Source of the DNA: Macrostomum hystrix | Taxonomy: Eukaryota > Animalia > Platyhelminthes | NCBI GenBank assembly: GCA_950097015.1 | Contig: CATNEN010000024.1 | Coordinates: 3,410,001 to 3,474,000, forward strand | Direction of reading: 5' to 3' | DNA: 64,000 nucleotides | In this document: in pieces, positions 41,201-52,015 of the stretch | How positions within the stretch are numbered: position 1 is the stretch's first letter | How the letters are laid out: every line of letters begins with the position of its first letter | Position numbers and translations under genes: made by a program | Notes under the pieces: model-generated | What the model was told of the DNA's origin: nothing | Databases searched by the model: none | The model's input: only the letters and a program-made list of their open reading frames with translations

Positions 41201-44200
41201 GAAATCACGTCGACTGCAGGATCCGCTATTGTCAGCCATCGAAGATACTGACACCATGTCTGCTGCACAGACTTCGGGCCCTTCCTCGTCTGCTGTCGCA
41301 GAGGGCACCCAACGGGATGACGTTTTCATACAGCATGACATGGTGCCCTACAAACGTGAAGCGGTACCGCGATTCTTTATTTTTAAGTACTCCAACTATT
41401 TCGAAAAAACAGAAGTTGTCAGCACGCGCGATGACATTGTTGGACGCAAACGCGAGTCCCCGAGTAACGTCGATGTCGGCAGCGAAGTCTTAATTGTCGT
41501 CGCTAAGGCGAACAGGACGGCCGCGAAAAAATGGCTCGGGACACTAGTACGTGGGCCGTTCGCTTCCAGAAGCATCGCGACCGGCACAGCGGTCCTAGGA
41601 AACGTACACGCTCAGCCATCGGAACTTCCACGTGCCTGTGCATCCTGCCGGACGTTTGCTACAGAGAACGAGCGACAGTCGTCGCTTATAGACACCCTGC
41701 GTGAGTGCCATCAATTGTTGGTCGTTACTTCTGCACTTTCAGGTCGGGTATAGTGCCTTTTTTGTTTGAACCACCGCATACTTTTTTAGGGAGCCAGTTA
41801 CAGCACAGCACAGTTAAAGAAACGAATCAGCGAGAAAGCGTCCGACTATTAACGGAGCAGCTTCGTGTCGCGAATCGTATGGAGCGAACGCTTTTACGCC
41901 AACTGGAGGACGAGCAGCATCGTAACGTGCTGCTGGTCAGCAGCATGCAGCAGTGCAACTCGCTGCTTATTCAGGGGTCAGAGCTGCTTTCCCAGAATGC
42001 CCGCGAAGTCTCTCAGCCGGCCCGCTTGAGTACAAAAGCTGCATCTGACACCAATGACACCGATGGCGGTGATGACGGCGACGCCAGCGATTCCAGGCAG
42101 GACGCCATGTCCATCACTGTAACGCAGAGCTTGTCCGCAGCGCAGACGCGCGCTCTGAAAGATGCCTGCGACGCCGCCACGCCGAACGTTGACCTAACAG
42201 CTGCTTCTCTTGTGCCATTCTCTGAGCAGCAGGGCTTCGTTAAGGTAGCTTTGAATAAGCGGCACGATGCGGAAGATCGGCTAGAAGCCTACAAAAAAGT
42301 GCCAGCCAAACAGGATGGCGAGGACGCAAAACTTACTGCACTCCGAAAGTCTGTGACGCTGGCAGTTCTCCGAGCTGCCCTGCGTGCCGTCTTCACGGAC
42401 AGGGAGTTCGCCTGCTGCACACTGTCCGGGCGCAAGGCGCCCGGTCAGGCCACATCTTCACCCGCAAACCCGGGAAAATTGGCTGCAGTACGTGTGTGGC
42501 TCGCGAACGCCGGGGTGCAGTGCACTGCGGACAGTCTAAGTCAGGCGTTCACGCAATGCACTGCGACTGCGCGGCAGAGACTGGAACTCCCAACGCGCTC
42601 CGCCCCTCCCCCCCAGCGGAAGCAGCCGAAACCGCCAAAGCCGAAGGCCACAACAGTCGTCATTATAGACTCCGCTGACTCTGCTCAGAGCCGCGAAGTC
42701 TGTCAGCCAACCCTCTCGAATACAACAGCTGCATCTGACGCCAATGACGCCGATGACGGCGATGACGCCGGAGATGCCAGAGAGGTCGAAATGCGGCATC
42801 TGGAGGGGGACGACGATCATAGCGCCATGGACGGCACAGTCAGCTGCGGCGACTTTCTGAACATACTTTTGGCCAGTCAGAAGTGATTTTGAATTCCCGC
42901 ATTTATGCGCCTAGTGACTAGCGACTATGCGCCTACTGACTGTATTCTACAAAATCTTTTGAATAAAAAAACAGAGGAGTATATTGATCTTGTAGGTGAT
43001 TTGGAACAGTTTGATGAATTGCAAGATGGAACGTTACATAGTTTGTATTAACACTAACTGACAATTGTCTTACTTCTTTACTCTTCACGGTATCAGTTGA
43101 CAGAAGCGCACTGTAGATGTTTTACTAAGTCGGCACTACATATTTCCGAGAGTAGACACAATTCGATAGGGATGCAGGGTTTTTCGTCCGGTTTGATCGT
43201 CGTGTCGCTTTTGTTAGGTTTTAGTCTGATTTTGCTCCGGATATTCGTCCGGTTTGATCGTCGTGTCGCTTTCGTTAGGTTTTAGTCTGATTTTGCTCCG
43301 GATATTCGTCCGGTTGGGTCGTCGTGTCGCTTTCGTTAGGTTTTAGTCTGATTTTGCTCCGGATATTCGTCCGGTTTGATCGTCGTGTCGCTTTCGTTAG
43401 GTTTTAGTCTGATTTTGCTCCGGATATTCGTCCGGTTGGGTCGTCGTGTCGCTTTCGTTAGGTTTTAATCTGATTTTGCTCCGGATATTCATCTGGTTTG
43501 ATCGTCGTGTCGCTTTCGTTAGGTTTTAGTCTGATTTTGCTCCGGATATTCGTCCGGTTTGATCGTCGTGTCGCTTTCGTTAGGTTTTAGTCTGATTTTG
43601 CTCCGGATATTCGTCCGGTTGGGTCGTCGTGTCGCTTTCGTTAGGTTTTAGTCTGATTTTGCTCCGGATATTCATCTGGTTTGATCGTCGTGTCGCTTTC
43701 GTTAGGTTTTAGTCTGATTTTGCTCCGGATATTCGTCCGGTTTGATCGTCGTGTCGCTTTCGTTAGGTTTTAGTCTGATTTTGCTCCGGATATTCGTCCG
43801 GTTTGATCGTCGTGTCGCTTTCGTTAGGTTTTAGTCTGATTTTGCTCCGGATATTCGTCCGGTTGGGTCGTCGTGTCGCTTTCGTTAGGTTTTAGTCTGA
43901 TTTTGCCCCGGTTATTTGCCGGGTTCTGCTATTGCACTTTCATCCGGTCATTTGTCGGGTTTTATTTAGGGTACTCATCAGTTTGAGTAGCCGAAGAGAA
44001 ACCCGAGAAAATACCTGATGTCCTCTACGAAATTCCTGACGTTTTCGAGACCACTTTCCCGAGGATTTTCGGGTTTTTAGATAGGAAAAAATGTATTACA
44101 AACCGGGCAAAAATCCCGATCGCCTACCGGGCGAAAAACCTGATCAGATGGCCACATGGGAAACAGGCGCTACCCCCTGATCCACCTGTAAACAGGCGCT

Positions 44201-45026
44201 CGCTTACGCCGGCCAAGATGCGGGCGTCCCTGGTCACCAGCCAGCCGAAGCGCAGGCCGGGCAGGCCGTAGCACTTGGACAGGCCGTTGAGGGTGACCGC
44301 AGACTCGTACAGCTGGCAGGCCGGCACTATTCTGGCCGGCCCGATGCCCGAGTAGATCTCGTCCGACACCAGCAGCAATTGGCGCTCTCTGCAGAGCTGG
44401 ATAAGGGCCAGCCACTGTTCCGGCGTGGGACAATAACCAGTGGGATTGTGCGGAAAGTTGGTCACAAGCAGTCTAATACCCGGCCGTTCATCCAACAAGT
44501 TTCGCAGACGGTCCAGGCAGAAGCGCCAGTCGCAATGCGTCGAACTTGGCGGCTCCGCCTCCCAGCGGTGCACGTTGGCACCGCACGCCCTCAGAGTCTC
44601 GTGCAGGCCCTGAAAGGCGGGCCAGGTGACGGCCGCTTCCGGTCGTTCGTCCGGTTTTTCGTTGCGCAACAGATCGCAAATCACTGTGGCCACAGAGAAC
44701 AGGGCTTCCTGTGGGCCCATCAGTGCCAGCTCCGAGTCAGCCTGACGGCCTGGATAGAGCTGGCTAATGAGTTCGGCTGCCAGGCGCGGATCGCCCTCCG
44801 GACCGCCGTAGCCAAGGCGAACCTCACCCCAGAGGCGCAGACACTCGGCATCGGCCATAGACAGCAATTCGGCCTGGCTAAGCGACTCGCAGTCGGAGCT
44901 GGACACACTGGTGAGGTCTGTGCGGAACTGGAATTGGTTCATGCGATTGGCTAACAGCAGAGCTGAATGGCCATGAAGCTGCTGGCTACAAAGGCCACCG
45001 CTGCTGCTGCTGTCAGGTTGGGAGGC
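35218..45026 (-). CDS. PLP-dependent class I/II aminotransferase of bacterial-like type; exons ~45026-44208 and 35625-35218, separated by an 8.6-kb intron holding the CACTA element; start exon not located
   Basis: SSSDCES, LGYG..EGDP.L, NFPHNPTG, DEIY, GLSKCYGLPGLRFGW (PLP lysine) and LRLGLGR. The donor GGC|GTAAGC and acceptor CTCAG|GTG are both phase 0, giving ...RILAG-VRNLRNFVSVC. Confidence 0.88.
35677..35946. repeat. 21-bp and 29-bp tandem repeats; the 29-bp unit is the CACTA target site
   Basis: ctcctggtcctcctgtaacag units, then aggcgctaccccctggtccacctgtaaac, which resumes at 44163-44200. Confidence 0.85.
36692..39491 (+). CDS. EnSpm/CACTA (Tnp2/TnpD-like) transposase; inferred exons 36692-36913, 36991-37110, 37188-39491, with two frameshifts
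   Basis: Zn ribbon CNEC...CSDC; SSDG (D1); FDSPARA...GCEKC (D2 region); GVRGHSPLGRLPGFDF; C-Y-L-H (C/D(2)H motif); IFES (E). Frameshifts at the A6 run 36744-36749 and at ~38260-38290. Confidence 0.85.
39969..40565 (+). CDS. Transposon-borne protein with a CtIP/Sae2 C-terminal-like domain (~198 aa from the Met at 39969)
   Basis: ERRLLPAQTCPDCASWYAELSPTSRARRLALHGRHRHRRI aligns ungapped to recalled human CtIP [40 protein letters not shown] (17/40 identical), followed by APNFF (CtIP TPENFW). A probable upstream intron lies at 39713-39879. Confidence 0.75.
   Translation: MIADGDARAYVDSDDGSDTTIGGRSPGPPPTSTQAASQSLLTASTAFTWPLHDGPKANVDSDDGSDTTIGGHSPCPPPTSTRARATAESKYTWEDYNRLPPAAPPSFESRRWDERRLLPAQTCPDCASWYAELSPTSRARRLALHGRHRHRRIVQAPNFFAIEKPPSPPPVPLDQFKVRKRRRRPLRGLSPRPRTEYE
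40610..40765. repeat. Short tandem array (gacattgagatgatgat-type) between transposon ORFs
   Basis: About 9 copies of a 17-20-bp unit. Confidence 0.9.
41004..42886 (+). CDS. Transposon accessory protein with coiled coil and C-terminal BEN-like domain; exons 41004-41742, 41790-42886 (~611 aa)
   Basis: A 47-nt GT-AG phase-1 intron joins the two ORFs. K/S-rich N-terminus. LRAALRAVFTDREFACCTLSGRK...NPGKLAAVRVWL...SQAFTQCTATARQRL fits the BEN helical pattern. Confidence 0.7.
43185..43915. repeat. 61-bp subterminal tandem array of the CACTA element, ~12 copies
   Basis: Repeated gattttgctccggatattcgtccggtttgatcgtcgtgtcgctttcgttaggttttagtct. Confidence 0.93.
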
Positions 45027-45074
45027 CTGGAAAGTGGATATTTTATTTTGTGCAATTACGTTGTGACATAATAT

Positions 45075-45388
45075 TAATAATAATAAAAAATTAATTTGAG
45101 GAGGGCTGCAGGCAATGGCACATCCTTTGGTGACACTAGCCAGTGAGCAGGCAATTCTGCCCATTTCACTGACTCCTGAGCACACACAGGGTGTGTACAT
45201 CTGCCCTAACTTTCTCATCGTCAGGCAGTGAACACTCTCAATGTGCCTTCGAGGTTGGCCCTCAAAGGCATAAATTGCAGAACAAGCCCACATACCTTCT
45301 CTCTGTGGCTGCACCCCAAATGAATGAGGCCTCACTGTGAAATCAAGCTCAGGGACATTAGTGTGAGAGGCAGGTGCATTAACTGCTC
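45075..45388 (-). mobile_element. SINE family B copy
   Basis: The reverse complement is colinear with 7902-8253; it supplies the spurious N-terminus of ORF 44124..45335. Confidence 0.8.
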
Positions 45389-46084
45389 ATTAAATTTTAC
45401 ATTAACCATGACATGATATTGCTCTATAGCCAATTATATTATTAGCAAGTACTACTTACCAATTGCCCTATTTTTCTACAGCTATTAAGGCTCAAGGATA
45501 CTTCAATGACAATGCCTCATATTGTTTTTAACTAGAATAGTTGTAGAAAGATCTTTAATAACTCATCTTACTTAAACATGTTTTAATAAAATAAATAGTT
45601 TTTTAAACAATCATCAGCTACAATAAATTTGTTATTCAAAGTTATTTAGATAGCTGTAAGGTAACTTTCAAAACCTATAAATTTTGTAGGCATTCTTTAC
45701 CCAAGACTATTTTTATCTATTTTATATCAAATACACACAACTGCTAACCAAAAAAAACAATTTACTTGCCTATATTCCATGCTTCACTTATACTTAAAAT
45801 TAGAAATTAATAATAATATGAATTTCAATATCTTTATTTTGTTACATATTGCCCTAATACACATTTCTCCTTAAGAAAAAAACATGTTAGGCCTACTTTA
45901 CATCTACATAGGGGGCCAACATAGGAAGTCTAAGCATTTGCTATCCTAGCCACAAATCTTGACCAACTCCTGTAGGTTATCCTTAATCATTTGAATACCA
46001 AAACCAATAGCTTCAAGATTCAAGATATTAATCAAAGGCAGCATGGTAGATGATATTAGGTTTTCTTATAGGTTATAGCTAGCT

Positions 46085-46365
46085 CATACATGCGCAACCT
46101 CCCAAATCTTAGCCGGCCGTGCGACTTAGTTTTTGCTCTCATTTGCGACTTAGTTCGTTTCATTGCTCTATTTACGACTTAGTTTGCTCTCATTTGCTCT
46201 CTTTTTCTCTCCCCTTTTTCCTTTTTTTCACGCCTTCCTTTTTTGTCCCTTGGTCCCCCCTTTGATTTTTTTGCGCTTGGTTGATTGGTTTTTGCGACTT
46301 ACCTTGCTTGGCCCTCGTTTCACCCGGCCGGTTCGGCTGGGTCGGCCGGGTGTTGCGCATGTATG
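46085..46365. mobile_element. Short hAT-like MITE (281 bp)
   Basis: 14-bp TIR catacatgcgcaac / gttgcgcatgtatg flanked on both sides by the 8-bp agctagct. Confidence 0.7.
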
Positions 46366-49300
46366 AGCTAGCTTGAAATTAAAAAGCAAGAAACAAAAAA
46401 GTATAGGCCCACTGTAGGATTAAACTTTTGCCATGCACATGTAATACAAAAATTCATTTTGGCTTAAAGAAAAAATGCTCGTGAAGGCTTCTTTTCTGTA
46501 AATATAAGCTTAAGTAGGCATACCAGAGTCCAAAAACCAACCAGGACACCAGCCTATAGGCCTAATAACAGGTAAATCTGGTAGCTAGCCTTCAGGTCTG
46601 GCTGGCTCAAGTCTAAGAACAAACTAATAAATAAAGCAAAAACACAAGAAGCATTAAATATACATTTTAAACAAAGAAAATAATTTGGAAAGGCATACAA
46701 TTGTATGGTAAACAGTCTCATCACGGTCAGCATCCAACAGCAACTTCTAAGACAGCAGATCTAGAGACTTGGGGTCGTACTATAAGATTAACTAGATCTT
46801 GGCTGCAAATTTGAGTTCTTAATCTTTAACTATGGGGTACGCGAGCGGCGCGCCACGCAAGCTTTATTAGTACAGGCCTTAAATTAGTGTGATGGCGTGA
46901 CGTTTTTAAAAATTGTAAGAAATCATTCAACTTTAAAAGCTTTATTATATAACGATTTAACACCGGTGAAAAGCAGAAATCTGGATAAGTGCAAGTACAC
47001 AGAGCTATGTTGCCTGTTTAAAACTTAATTTCCGTCAATTCAGACGAAGAGGGTGATATATAAGAAAATTCGGTAGTTATTTAATGGCAAATGCCAAACA
47101 CCATAATTGAATATGCGCAGAAAGAATTCGTTGCCAGTTGTAGAGAACAACGGTTGTAGTGACCGCTTATATATTACGTCTTGAATTGAGGAATAACATG
47201 CATTTGAAACGGCGTCACTGGCTCATGGTTTGCATTTAATATTTTGAGTATCAATATCGGTGAATACACAGTGGTTATCTTGCCAAAGCTTAATTGGTCA
47301 ATTACTTGTACGTCAGTATACGTTATATGTTATAAGTTATAAGTTATACGTCAGTTATATTGATTTCAATATTCGGACCTAATTTATATTTATGAGAAAA
47401 TTGCATGATTTCCTCTGCTTGTGGCTTTTTTTGCAAAGCGATAGGTTTTTCAGTATAAATCCATCGATTGCATTTCGGTATTGAAGAAGAAATCGACATA
47501 TACGCTCGTACCAGCACAGATCGAAGCTATATGCCTTAGTGTTTCTAGATTGTGACACATAATCCTTTTAGCGTATTTAATTTGATGAAAAAAAAATTTT
47601 AATCATAAAATATCAATAAGGAATGTCTAGGAAATGTACTTTTTTGCTTTAGTCAATTAGCGCAACTGTCTCGTGCTATCGGCCTATGCTTTACGGCATC
47701 CTGAATCTTAGCTGCATCTACAGGTGACCTACAGAACTTCGTAAATGAAGTTCAAATTCAAGTTTTCTTATTTTTCTCCTTTGAAAGAAGAAATCAAATT
47801 TAAAAGGACAATTCTCCCCAGTTGGGTGCTTGAAACTTATATGAAGACACGCAGATACTTAGCTTGGCGTGTATTCTGCGCGTTGGCGCAAATAATCTTT
47901 CGTAAAAACGAAATCGGCAGTTTCGGCAGTGTTTAAAAATGTGGCTAGTCCTAACTTTCTTCGATCCTCTATTTTAAACTTTCCAAACTTGAATTTTTTA
48001 CTAAGCAGACCGATACGCAGGCAACAAGACGTTTTACAAGCTGAAAGACACGCGCTGGAACAAGAAGAACAATTGAAACGCTTTGCTGCTAATTAGCATA
48101 TAGTCTGTACGATGCGCTAAAGACTTTGACGTTGTCTCTGTCTGTCTCTCCTTTAATAAATGGCCGCGGCATGGCTTTGGCAAACAGTTTGTCCCTATAT
48201 AACAGTGAATACTGTGCGCGGCCGAAATTTCGCTAGCACAGCCCGAGAGAAGAATGATTGAACGGTTGCTAATCAGGATTAGCGGCGATTTTTTTCTCCG
48301 GCCCCGAATCGCGCTTTAAGGACGTACAAAGTGCCCCAGTCAGGCCTATAAATAAATGAGATTGTTTTGGCATCGGAGCTTATCCCAAGGGGAATGTCGT
48401 GCGAATGACGCATGTTTAAGCATTTCTTAAACAAATTATTTGCAGGGGAGCGCACATTTTGATAGTCTCATAAGGTCTATATCTGATGAGACTCAATTAG
48501 TGCGGTCTGTGTAAGCTTCCGACTGTTTTTGGCACCACACAATTTGAATCCATGTGGCTTTATGTAGGCTGTGCCCATTAGAGAATGTTCAAATCATGTT
48601 ATTCTACCTTGTTCTGCTAAATCTACCCGGGATAGAATAATGCATTAGTAAAACCGAGGGAGCCACAAGAGGGCACGGCAGGAAATTGTACTACACCAAC
48701 TGTGGACATGCCAGAAACGGAATTGCTGCGGCTTAGGAAGCGCGGTGGAAAGTTGGGAAGGTGAAGAGAGATGACCAGTTAGACAATCGCAATTCTTTGG
48801 GGTTGGTTTAAGCGTTCGGTGTCTCTCTGCTATCCTTGCTCTTAGCTTCCGCTCTCGCCATGCATATAGTCCTGAATCCTTCGACCTGCCTCCAGCCGCA
48901 GCCAATCCACCAGCTGCTGTTTCCCTTAGTTTCTGCATTGCCCAGCGAATCCCTGCCCCCCGTCTCCGTCGTTTATAACCCGTTTCTTCCCCTCGCCGTT
49001 GTTCCTCTCTCGTCGGCTCTACCTCTTCCAGAAATATCTCCTTCAAGCGGAGGCCTTCGATATGCACTACTTGTAAGGCGAGAGGACTATAGCTAAAACT
49101 GGTGCGTTGGCCCGCCTTGGAAAGTCGATTGACTAAAGAAACACTGAAAGCGTCCCGCGTCCATCTATACATATTTGTGGATATTTTGTTGTGCACTCAT
49201 TCAACCTAGCTTTACTTGGCCTGACTTTAGTAGGTGGTGAGTTTTTTTTAGAATACTAGTTATTTACCGACTGCTTTCAATTTGAAGTTAAAACACTCCA

Positions 49301-50068
49301 CAATTCGGTCAAACATAAACGAATCGATGAAAATACTTCGTTATTTCTATAGGAAACTTGATAGTACATGCCGAATGCCAAAGCAAATCCGAATGTGCAC
49401 CAATAGAGCCCCATCAAAATTGCACTCATCGAAATGAATGTGTGATTGCCGTCCTTATATTTTACCACATCCATCTACCACGGTTCGATGTGTCCCGAAA
49501 ACGTATTTCCGGGTTTATGACAGCATCGGACGAACTACTGTGCGCGTTGTTGCTCTATTTTGTTATATTGAACTGTGTAAAAACTGTTCAAGTGTGGACA
49601 CGGAGATGGAAGTCGAAACCTTTCTAGCACGCCCCGTGCACGCCCAGTTGTTCGACTTTACAGCGTTGAAACAATCGAGGAAAATAAAAAAAGCGCACGG
49701 GGCAATTCGTCGTCAAAGCAGATTTTTTGCCTTTCCCGATTCATACCTTTTACGGGCGCAAAGGAGCGAGGAAGGTTGGCATAAAGCGCAGGAGGGGATC
49801 AAGGAAACGATGACGCCGCGTCCGCAGCAGCTGAACGCCCGGAAAAACAAAGTGCGCGGCGGGCTATTTGCGTCCATGCCCAATATCTCGGTCAGTTCTA
49901 CTTCCTTCATCCCAGAACAGCGCTCTAAATAGAATTTTTATAACCGCAACAGCTACTGGCGAATTGAAGGGCAAGTGACAGTTTGACAGGCAAAAGTTGA
50001 TTATTTAATGCATGCATTCATCCGGAAAATTTCAGAGACAGCTCAAGAAACAATCCAAGAAGGCCAAC

Positions 50069-51202
50069 ATGGACAATGAGTTCCTGAATGTCGTATGGGT
50101 TACAGCGAGTGTGGTAGCCGCCACGGGAACCACAATTCTGCTAGTGGTGCTACTGTGCAAGGCCTCCCAGCGATGCCGTGCTCGCTATCGCCACAGAGAG
50201 AAAATGAGAAAGCATCTGCAGCAGCAGCAAATAGCAGCCAATCGGAAGCTCCGCCTCGGACCAGAGGATGAGCCTTCTGCTGATGATCGGAAGCAGCAAC
50301 AGCAACAGCAACCGCAAAGACTTCAGCCTCAGCCGCAACTGCAGCAGCCAAGGCGCGCCACGACCCAAGTAGTAGAGCCAAAAAGAGACCGGTACGATGG
50401 TCGTGACGAAGACGAAGAGGCTGATAGGAGGCGGTCAGTGACCTGCTGCAACTGCTTCACCATCAGCACCGCCTACCCGGATGAGCCCACAGGTGGCAGC
50501 CGGACCTCCGTATACACATTCGATGACTTTCTACAGCGCTCGTTCAGCCACAGCCAGCAAGAGACTACCCAGAGCGGAAGCTCCGCCTCAGCCGCGCAGG
50601 CAGTGACGTCAGCATCGGCTGTGGCGTCTTCGACGGGCGCAGGCGGCAAGGATGGCGAGAGTCGAAAGAGCTCCATGAAGCAGACTCTGAGTCTGGGCCG
50701 TTCGTCGGCCAAGGGATCCCGGAAGCGCAGCGGCTTGGCTCGACGCCGAAGCCTGCAAGCGCAGGAGTCAGCAGCCAGGGCTGCCAAAGCAGCGAAGGAG
50801 GCAGCATCTGCTGAAGCTGGCTCCTCAGCCACCAAGGATGCTACTGGACAGCAGCAACAGCAACAGCAGCAGCCTGCAGGCGCAGATCCGCTGCGATCGC
50901 TTGCCATCGATATGAGCGACAGCGACTGCGACGACTGCAGCCGGGACCACAGCCGGTCAGCCACCGGTCAGCCTACTGTCAACGCGGACTTCCTTAACGT
51001 CACGGATCGGAGACCGACTGGCGGTCTGCTAGAGAAGTACGAGATGGAGTGGCCGCCAAGACTGTCGAACCGGCCCAGTCCGAGAAGTAGCCAGGCGCAG
51101 CTGGACGGCCTGCATGTGCAGCCGAGGTCCGCGCCAGGCCGCCGGGGACACATCATCTTCGGCCGCGGCAACTCAAGCCTCTACTCCGTTGGTCAAATGT
51201 GA
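50069..51202 (+). CDS. Orphan single-pass membrane protein with a long disordered cytoplasmic tail
   Basis: Long GC-rich ORF (50012..51202; likely Met at 50069). Hydrophobic VVWVTASVVAATGTTILLVVLLC is followed by a basic stop-transfer segment and poly-Q/S/A tracts. Confidence 0.6.
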   Translation: MDNEFLNVVWVTASVVAATGTTILLVVLLCKASQRCRARYRHREKMRKHLQQQQIAANRKLRLGPEDEPSADDRKQQQQQQPQRLQPQPQLQQPRRATTQVVEPKRDRYDGRDEDEEADRRRSVTCCNCFTISTAYPDEPTGGSRTSVYTFDDFLQRSFSHSQQETTQSGSSASAAQAVTSASAVASSTGAGGKDGESRKSSMKQTLSLGRSSAKGSRKRSGLARRRSLQAQESAARAAKAAKEAASAEAGSSATKDATGQQQQQQQQPAGADPLRSLAIDMSDSDCDDCSRDHSRSATGQPTVNADFLNVTDRRPTGGLLEKYEMEWPPRLSNRPSPRSSQAQLDGLHVQPRSAPGRRGHIIFGRGNSSLYSVGQM

Positions 51203-52015
51203 ATAAAAGGCGCTAGTTCTTTATTTTTCTGGTTTTGCTACCTTTGTAGCTTGTAGCATATTGTCAGGGCAATCAATTCAGTACCGTTAAAGTACTGTAG
51301 CGCAGAGGCTTTCAAACCAGCTGGTTAAAAAGTTCTTTAAAAAACTGATGTCTCATTAACCCCGTTTTTTTATTTTCATTGAAAATAGACAACGCGATTC
51401 AAACCACAGTGGAAAGAGCACGGGGTACTTCAAATACTTCAGTAGCCACTGCATACTTCACGATAGTTCCCAAACCGAATCACCGATTTTCGTGAAATTT
51501 CAACATCGGATATTCTGCTCTCTATCGAGTCAAACGCGTGGTTTTCCTATGAATGGAATGAATTAAGCTTGTCTTTCACGTTTGATCTAGAAAGTTTGAA
51601 AAGAAAGCGCCAGTTTATCAGGTGCCACCTGCCAATATCAGGTGACACGTCGGTCCTCGTCTGTTGAAGCCAAATTAGAGTGTTCCGCCATGACTGTTGC
51701 TTGCCAGCTGTTTAGGAAGTCAGAAAGGTTATCAAAGCCCAGCCTTTGCTGATGGAATCGAAAAGGTTTATTTTAAAAAATTGCATGTACTTTTTTACTT
51801 GTGCTTTGCTTGCAATGTACTTTAATGACACTTGTACAATATACGAGATTTATGACGCAAAAAATGATTGTTTCGCAAGAAGGAATTTCGCTTTCCAGTT
51901 ATACATTCGATATGCATTCACTAATTGGTGAAGTCAGGTAAGTCATTGGCCAGACTAGTTTCTGCAGTTAGAAGATGTGATGATAGCTGTGAGATGTATA
52001 GCTTTTGTCAGGCTA

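Larger units (their letters stand above)
35947..44160 (+). mobile_element. EnSpm/CACTA (CMC) DNA transposon, 8214 bp, three genes
   Basis: TIRs cccgtgtggccatccgatcaggtttttcgcccggt and the reverse complement of accgggcgaaaaacctgatcagatggccacatggg (33/35 identical). 2-bp TSD AA (cacctgt-aa|element|aa-acaggcg). Subterminal repeats and a Tnp2-type transposase are present. Confidence 0.93.

Noticed and set aside
17086-43915. CRISPR-like arrays (17086, 21631, 24650, 30375, 34808, 43185)
   Set aside because: The units are contiguous with no unique spacers, there are no cas genes, and the context is eukaryotic; these are minisatellites.
35218-45026. Bacterial contamination or a prokaryotic island
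   Set aside because: The aminotransferase and USP genes have canonical spliceosomal introns and are interleaved with SINEs and animal genes.
45027-45335. N-terminal extension of ORF 44124..45335
   Set aside because: It derives from a SINE B copy and intron sequence upstream of the acceptor at 45027.
48645-49932. Short ORFs 48645..49196, 48836..49096, 49277..49474 and 49438..49932
   Set aside because: No recognisable domains, mutually overlapping frames and no consistent splice chain.
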